From Myxococcota bacterium (GTDB taxonomy: Bacteria > Myxococcota_A > UBA9160 > SZUA-336), in NCBI GenBank assembly GCA_036337215.1, contig JAYZEO010000037.1, positions 1-49,753 of the forward strand: a stretch of 49,753 nt of DNA, given 5' to 3'. Of the stretch, positions 44,611 to 49,753 are shown piece after piece. The notes beneath the pieces were generated by a model, which was not told the origin of the DNA, searched no databases, and worked only from the letters and a program-made list of their open reading frames with translations. The position numbers were made by a program, and so were the translations under genes. How positions within the stretch are numbered: position 1 is the stretch's first letter; each line of letters begins with the position of its first letter.

Positions 44611-45137
44611 GGTGCGCGGGATCCACCCAGCGATGCCGGCGGGAGGCCCGGGGCGTCTTCGTCGCCATCCAGCCGCATGAACAGACGGTACAGCGGCGCG
44701 GCAACGGCGGCCGTCAGGATGACGGTCCCTGGCAGACGGATCGCGACTTCCGACCAGGGCAGGAGCAGCCCGGGCTGTGCCAGGTGGAGAATCTGCCCCA
44801 GCAGCAGCGTGTCGACGACGGCATACGCAGCCACGTAGCCCACCCAGGGTCCGGGCCCGCGCAGGTTGAGTCCCCGGTCCGCCACATGTGTGACCAGACA
44901 GGCCGTTGCGCGCAGTAGCGCGTAGAGCCCGATCGGCGCACCAGAGAGCACGTCGACCGCGTAGCCGAATGCGAACGCGATCAGCAGCGATTCGATCGCG
45001 CGCGACCGGAGGCCGAGTGCCAGCGCGTAGACCAATAGAAGATCAGGGCGGAACGCGTGGGGCAACAGCGACGCCAGCAACTGCTGCATCAACAGCAGGG
45101 CGAGCCCGAGCCCGAGAAGCCGAACGCGAACGCTCAC
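44607..45137 (-). CDS. mreD: rod-shape-determining protein MreD
   Basis: GTG 45137 overlaps the mreC stop (GTGA). Small polytopic protein between mreC and mrdA. RPDLLLVYALALGL pattern. Confidence 0.8.
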   Translation of the reverse strand: MSVRVRLLGLGLALLLMQQLLASLLPHAFRPDLLLVYALALGLRSRAIESLLIAFAFGYAVDVLSGAPIGLYALLRATACLVTHVADRGLNLRGPGPWVGYVAAYAVVDTLLLGQILHLAQPGLLLPWSEVAIRLPGTVILTAAVAAPLYRLFMRLDGDEDAPGLPPASLGGSRAP

Positions 45138-46021
45138 GGCTTCTCCCCCGCATCGGCCATCGTGACCGGGCCCGGCGGGGCCTCGAAGCCAGGATCGGCC
45201 GGCGCTTTGCGCCGTTCCAGAATCACGAAGACCTCCTCGAGATCTCGAAAGTCGACCACGGGCTGCACCGCGGCGCGCTGAAACAACCCGTAGGGCTCCC
45301 GCTCGACCGTCTGAACCGTGCCCACGACCAGACCTTTCGGGAAGATCGCGTCGAGTCCCGAGGTCAGCAGCAGATCTCCAGGACGTACGTCATCGTTTCG
45401 CATCACGTAGTCAAACGCGCACTCGCGCGAGGTCCGGCCGCGGACGATGCCGCGCGCGCGGCTCCGCTGCACGAAGGCATCGATTCGGCTCTGCATGTCG
45501 ACGACGAGCAGCACCTTGGAGGCCCCCTTCGTCACGCCGGCTACGCGGCCGACGACGCCGTGCTCGTTGATCACGGGCATTCCGGCCTCGATCCCGGCAT
45601 CGGTACCCCGATCGATCACGACTGACCGGAACCAGGAAGAAAGATCCTGCGCCACCACGTTCGCGGGAAGCATCGGGGCGTCGTGCCGAGCCCGGAAGTC
45701 CGCGAGGCGCTGGAATCGCTCGCTCGCAACCAACGCCTCCCGGTAGCTCAGGTTCTCGGTCTGCAGCCGCGCAATGATCCCTCGGAGTTCCCGATTCTCT
45801 GAACGCACGCCCACCAGGGCCAGGTACTCCCGCCAGACCCCCCGTACGAAGTCGATCGGTCCGGTGACGAGTCTTTGGAGCGGGGTCGCGAGCTCGAGGA
45901 CCAGCGCCGAGGTCGGTCCGGTGCCGGCCGGCTCGCGCTCGGAGGTCATGCTGATCACGCTGACCGAAAGCAGGACCAGATAACAGAGCGCATAGCGGAA
46001 ACGGTTGAGGAGTTCGCTCAA
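45134..46021 (-). CDS. mreC: rod-shape-determining protein MreC
   Basis: TTG 46021. N-terminal TM, coiled coil ENRELRGIIARLQTEN, then beta-rich VIDRGTDAGIEAGMPV and GLVVGTV motifs. Confidence 0.88.
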   Translation of the reverse strand: MSELLNRFRYALCYLVLLSVSVISMTSEREPAGTGPTSALVLELATPLQRLVTGPIDFVRGVWREYLALVGVRSENRELRGIIARLQTENLSYREALVASERFQRLADFRARHDAPMLPANVVAQDLSSWFRSVVIDRGTDAGIEAGMPVINEHGVVGRVAGVTKGASKVLLVVDMQSRIDAFVQRSRARGIVRGRTSRECAFDYVMRNDDVRPGDLLLTSGLDAIFPKGLVVGTVQTVEREPYGLFQRAAVQPVVDFRDLEEVFVILERRKAPADPGFEAPPGPVTMADAGEKP

Positions 46022-46051
46022 CGGCCCTGTTTCCCCCGACTCGGCCCGAAC

Positions 46052-47104
<1,053 letters not shown>

Positions 47105-47300
47105 TCAATACAGAAAAAACTCTCCACCCCGGGTCCGAGTCGAACCCGTCGTCGAGTCTAAGAAGAGAGGGGTACCTGCGCAAGCTGCGCGCGGCTCCAA
47201 CTCCGTGCCCTGCTTGCGTTTCAAGAGACGGCCCCCTAGCCTCCCTCGTCCCGGGGGACCCGGAACTTGAGCCTGCGCGCAGAGGGGTCGAAGGAGTCTC

Positions 47301-48785
47301 ATGGCACCACGCAGAAACCGGCTTCGGACCATCGGCCTGTTCGTCGTTGTGGGCGCGATCATCCTCACCTTCGTGCTCTTCTTCGGGCAACCGCCGCCCC
47401 AGGGGAGTGTCGGCCCGATCGCCGAGATCGACGGCGTGGCCATCGACCGGGGCCTGTTCGAGGCCTTCCGCGACCAGACCGAGAGCCGTCTCGAAGCGGC
47501 CCTGCCGGCCGGTTCCGATCCGGAGCAAAGCAGGGACCTGGTCGACAGCCTGACGCTCCGGAGCCTGATTCAGCGTTATGCGCTCGTACGCGAAGCCACC
47601 GAACTCGGCATCCGCGTCAGCGATGCCGAGGTCCGGCAGCAGATCCTCGAAGATCCCAGCTTCCGGCGCGAAGGTCGCTACGACCGCGAGCTGCTCGAGA
47701 TGTTCGTGGCCCGTTCGGGCATGGGGGGCGTGCGCGACTACACCGAGGAACTCCGGCGAGACTTGCTGATCGGCAAATTCCAGCGCGCGATCGCCTCACC
47801 GGTACGGGTTCCGGAATCCGAGGTGCGTGAGCGAGCCACACGAGACCTGGCGACAGTGTCGCTGGATTTCGCGGCCGCGGACAGCACAGATTATGTCGGC
47901 CGTGTGGAACTCAGCGATGAGGAGATCGCAGCCTACGCCAACACGGCCCGGGAGCGGATCCGGTCTCTCTACGACAACCGCAAGGCTCGCTACGACGTCC
48001 CGGAGCGGATTCGGGCGCGCCATATCCTGTTTCAGGGGCCAGAGGCAGAGACCCGTGCCGCGACTGCGCTCGCAAAGCTCCGAGGCGGCGCCGCCTTCGC
48101 CGAGCTCGCACGCGAGCTCTCCGACGACCCCGCGACCCGCGAGGGCGGGGGCGACCTCGGATTCTTTCCGCGCGGACGGATGGACCCGGCATTTGAGACC
48201 GCCGCATTCGCACTCGAGGCCGGGCAACTCTCGGAACCCGTCGAAACCAGCTTCGGCTTCCACCTGATCCAGCTCGAAGAGCGACAGGGCGCACAAAAGC
48301 AGAGCTACGAGGAAGCCGAGGCGGAGCTGGCCGCGGAGCTACTGCGTGGTCAGCGGGCGCGCAGCGAAGCCGAGGCGGCCGCGATCGCGGCCTCGGAGGC
48401 GCTCGAACGGGGCGAGACGTTCGAGGCGGCGGCCGCTGCCGCCGGACTCGAACTCGGGAGCACCGGCCCGTTCCGCTACACGGATGGGACCATCCCGGGG
48501 CTGGGCCGCGCCCCGGCGCTGCGCGAGGCCGCGTTCGCACTCGACGCAAAGGGCGCCACTTCGACCCGGGTCTTCCCGATCGGTTCACGCTTCGTCGTGT
48601 TCCGGCTCTCCGACCGGACTCAGCCGGGCCCCGAGGAACTGGAACTCGCGACCGAACGGACGCGCGAACGGCTGGGCGCGGCGGCGCGGCGGCGGGTCCT
48701 CGAACGCTGGGCCTCCGCGAGCGTCGACGAGTTGGAAAAGGACGGAAAGGTCGCCCTCTACCCGCTCTACGCGACCCCGAACTAG
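47301..48785 (+). CDS. membrane-anchored peptidyl-prolyl isomerase, PpiD/SurA-like with a parvulin domain
   Basis: ATG 47301 with AAGGAG upstream. N-terminal TM IGLFVVVGAIILTFVLFF. Parvulin core RARHILF...GGDLGFFPRGRMDPAFETAAFAL..GQLSEPVETSFGFHLIQL. Confidence 0.85.
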   Translation: MAPRRNRLRTIGLFVVVGAIILTFVLFFGQPPPQGSVGPIAEIDGVAIDRGLFEAFRDQTESRLEAALPAGSDPEQSRDLVDSLTLRSLIQRYALVREATELGIRVSDAEVRQQILEDPSFRREGRYDRELLEMFVARSGMGGVRDYTEELRRDLLIGKFQRAIASPVRVPESEVRERATRDLATVSLDFAAADSTDYVGRVELSDEEIAAYANTARERIRSLYDNRKARYDVPERIRARHILFQGPEAETRAATALAKLRGGAAFAELARELSDDPATREGGGDLGFFPRGRMDPAFETAAFALEAGQLSEPVETSFGFHLIQLEERQGAQKQSYEEAEAELAAELLRGQRARSEAEAAAIAASEALERGETFEAAAAAAGLELGSTGPFRYTDGTIPGLGRAPALREAAFALDAKGATSTRVFPIGSRFVVFRLSDRTQPGPEELELATERTRERLGAAARRRVLERWASASVDELEKDGKVALYPLYATPN

Positions 48786-48807
48786 TCCGGACCCGCCGTT
48801 AACCGAG

Positions 48808-49371
48808 ATGGCGTCCGGCATCCACACCCGGGGCAGCGCACGCGGGCCACTGGCGGCCCTGGTGCTGTTGGCGACGCTCGTCGTTCAGCCCGGGTGTACG
48901 CGCCTGCTCTACAACTTCGGAACGGTCGAACCTCAGCGCGTCTATCGCTCTTCTCAGCCCTCGCCACTGTTCCTGCGTTACCTGGTCGAACACCAGGGTG
49001 TCCGCAGCCTGGTCAACCTGCGCGGGCGCACCCCGGGCTTCGAGAGCGATTTCGCCGCGCGCCACGGGCTCAAACTGTTCAGTTTCGACCTCTCGGCCTC
49101 CCGGCCCCCGAGCCAGGCGGAGGTGATGCGCTTTCTGGAGATCGTCTCCGACCCCGCCAACCAGCCGGTGCTCGTGCACTGCCGAAACGGCGTCGACCGC
49201 ACCGGCTACATGCTCGGCCTCTACCGGGTCGAGGCGGATGGCTGGAGCCCCGAACGCGCTGCGCGCGAAATGAGCCGCTACCTGCAATTCGGCTGGCTCA
49301 ACCCGACCCCGAAGCGCGTCGTCGAGCAGGGGCTGCGCGCCACACCCGAGACCTCGGTCACGGCTCCCTGA
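48808..49371 (+). CDS. exported Cys-based protein tyrosine / dual-specificity phosphatase-like protein
   Basis: Track ORF 48346 trimmed to ATG 48808, 23 nt after the PPIase stop. Signal peptide LAALVLLATLVVQPGC. P-loop VLVHCRNGVDRTG (HCx5R[ST]). Confidence 0.8.
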   Translation: MASGIHTRGSARGPLAALVLLATLVVQPGCTRLLYNFGTVEPQRVYRSSQPSPLFLRYLVEHQGVRSLVNLRGRTPGFESDFAARHGLKLFSFDLSASRPPSQAEVMRFLEIVSDPANQPVLVHCRNGVDRTGYMLGLYRVEADGWSPERAAREMSRYLQFGWLNPTPKRVVEQGLRATPETSVTAP

Positions 49372-49416
49372 TCACATACCGCGCAGCACCTGGCCTGTGA
49401 CGAGGCTTACAACAGG

Positions 49417-49450
49417 AGAGGGGGCAGCACCTTTAGGCACTACCCCCTCT
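49417..49450. terminator. candidate hairpin between the convergent phosphatase and PEP-CTERM genes
   Basis: AGAGGGGG (49417-49424) pairs with CCCCCTCT (49443-49450) across an 18-nt loop. No clear U-tract on either side. Confidence 0.3.
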
Positions 49451-49511
49451 ACGAAGGTTCAGTTTGTTAGGGACGTGTCGGAATCGCAGCTACAGCAACT
49501 CCCGTAACCAG

Positions 49512-49753
49512 CTAGGACGCCCGCACACGATTGCGCCGCAGGAAGGCCGCCGCAAAGAGCGCCGGCCCCAGCAGGAGCGCCAGCGGTGCCTCGGGAACCG
49601 CACCGACCGTAAACGATGCAATCGTTCCTACGTCGTCGAATGCGTTTTGGGTGACCCCATCAGGTGACCAGAAACTCGAGGCGAGACCGAGCACGAGTTC
49701 AACATCCATCGTGCCCGCGGCATCTGCGGTGAAGGTGAGTACGCCCAGGGAAA
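49512..49753 (-). CDS. C-terminal end of a PEP-CTERM-sorted secreted protein; 5' part lies beyond the right window edge
   Basis: The frame stays open upstream of the track's Met (49709) to the window end (...SLGVLTFTADAAGTMDVEL...). The C-terminus VPEAPLALLLGPALFAAAFLRRNRVRAS has a VPEP-like motif, a hydrophobic helix and a basic cluster. Confidence 0.65.
   Translation of the reverse strand, partial: SLGVLTFTADAAGTMDVELVLGLASSFWSPDGVTQNAFDDVGTIASFTVGAVPEAPLALLLGPALFAAAFLRRNRVRAS

Noticed and set aside
47131-47147. GGGTCCGAGTCGAACCC, a T-loop-like sequence in the mreB/PPIase divergent spacer
   Set aside because: No flanking stems compatible with a tRNA on either strand. It is probably a chance resemblance within a promoter region.

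Overview
This is a GC-rich, densely coding bacterial chromosomal segment (roughly two-thirds G+C by eye, not computed). lpxD, mreBCD-mrdA-rodA and a PEP-CTERM tail point to a Gram-negative organism. I cannot assign a taxon from the sequence alone.

I support about 50 protein genes. I found no rRNA or tRNA genes, no CRISPR array, and no transposase, integrase, phage or recognisable defence genes.

Gene order, left to right:
- partial metallophosphoesterase (-), plsC-like acyltransferase (+), DUF482/FemAB-like (-)
- clpS-clpA (+), HSL-type esterase (+), aminotransferase (-), GNAT (-)
- a 419-bp non-coding gap, then an NhaC-type antiporter (+)
- an AT-rich island, then a PaaX-like regulator and membrane desaturase (+)
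- a minus-strand run: polA, ECF sigma, anti-sigma, lipoprotein, yjbQ, alanine/Na+ symporter
- UDPGP-family nucleotidyltransferase (-), small membrane protein and GGCT (+)
- TetR, ACP, FabH (-)
- lpxD, rnhB, an unknown 126-aa ORF, cysK (-)
- TAT small subunit, GMC oxidoreductase, MATE (+), CBS pair (-), polytopic membrane protein with an acidic tail (+), LLM oxidoreductase (+)
- a fully overlapped minus-strand operon: macro domain, HemX/CcsA-like, hemA, hemC, cobA/hemD fusion, hemB, DUF4177-like micro-ORF
- rhodanese-like protein and trxA (+), HAD-IB (-)
- mreB-mreC-mreD-mrdA-rodA (-), PpiD-like PPIase and Cys-phosphatase (+), and the 3' end of a PEP-CTERM protein gene (-) at the right edge

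Notes on the ORF track:
- It uses the longest ORF with ATG/GTG/TTG starts, so many entries overshoot. I trimmed starts where homology, an RBS or 4-nt stop/start overlaps (ATGA/GTGA/TTGA, which are pervasive here) indicated the real start.
- Two genes are missing from it: the left-edge metallophosphoesterase (no stop in the window) and a 59-aa DUF4177-like ORF (below the track's apparent size cut-off).
- Many long entries are Arg/Pro/Gly-rich shadow frames of real genes.

Overall, the window reads as core housekeeping chromosome and I see no clear-cut new system. The leads most worth a second look are:
- the macro-domain and DUF4177 genes bolted onto the tetrapyrrole operon
- the stand-alone TetR-ACP-KASIII cassette with its palindromic operator candidate
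- the PaaX-like regulator and desaturase pair behind a striking AT-rich palindromic island
- the unknown ORF wedged between rnhB and cysK
- the long structured-looking spacer upstream of nhaC
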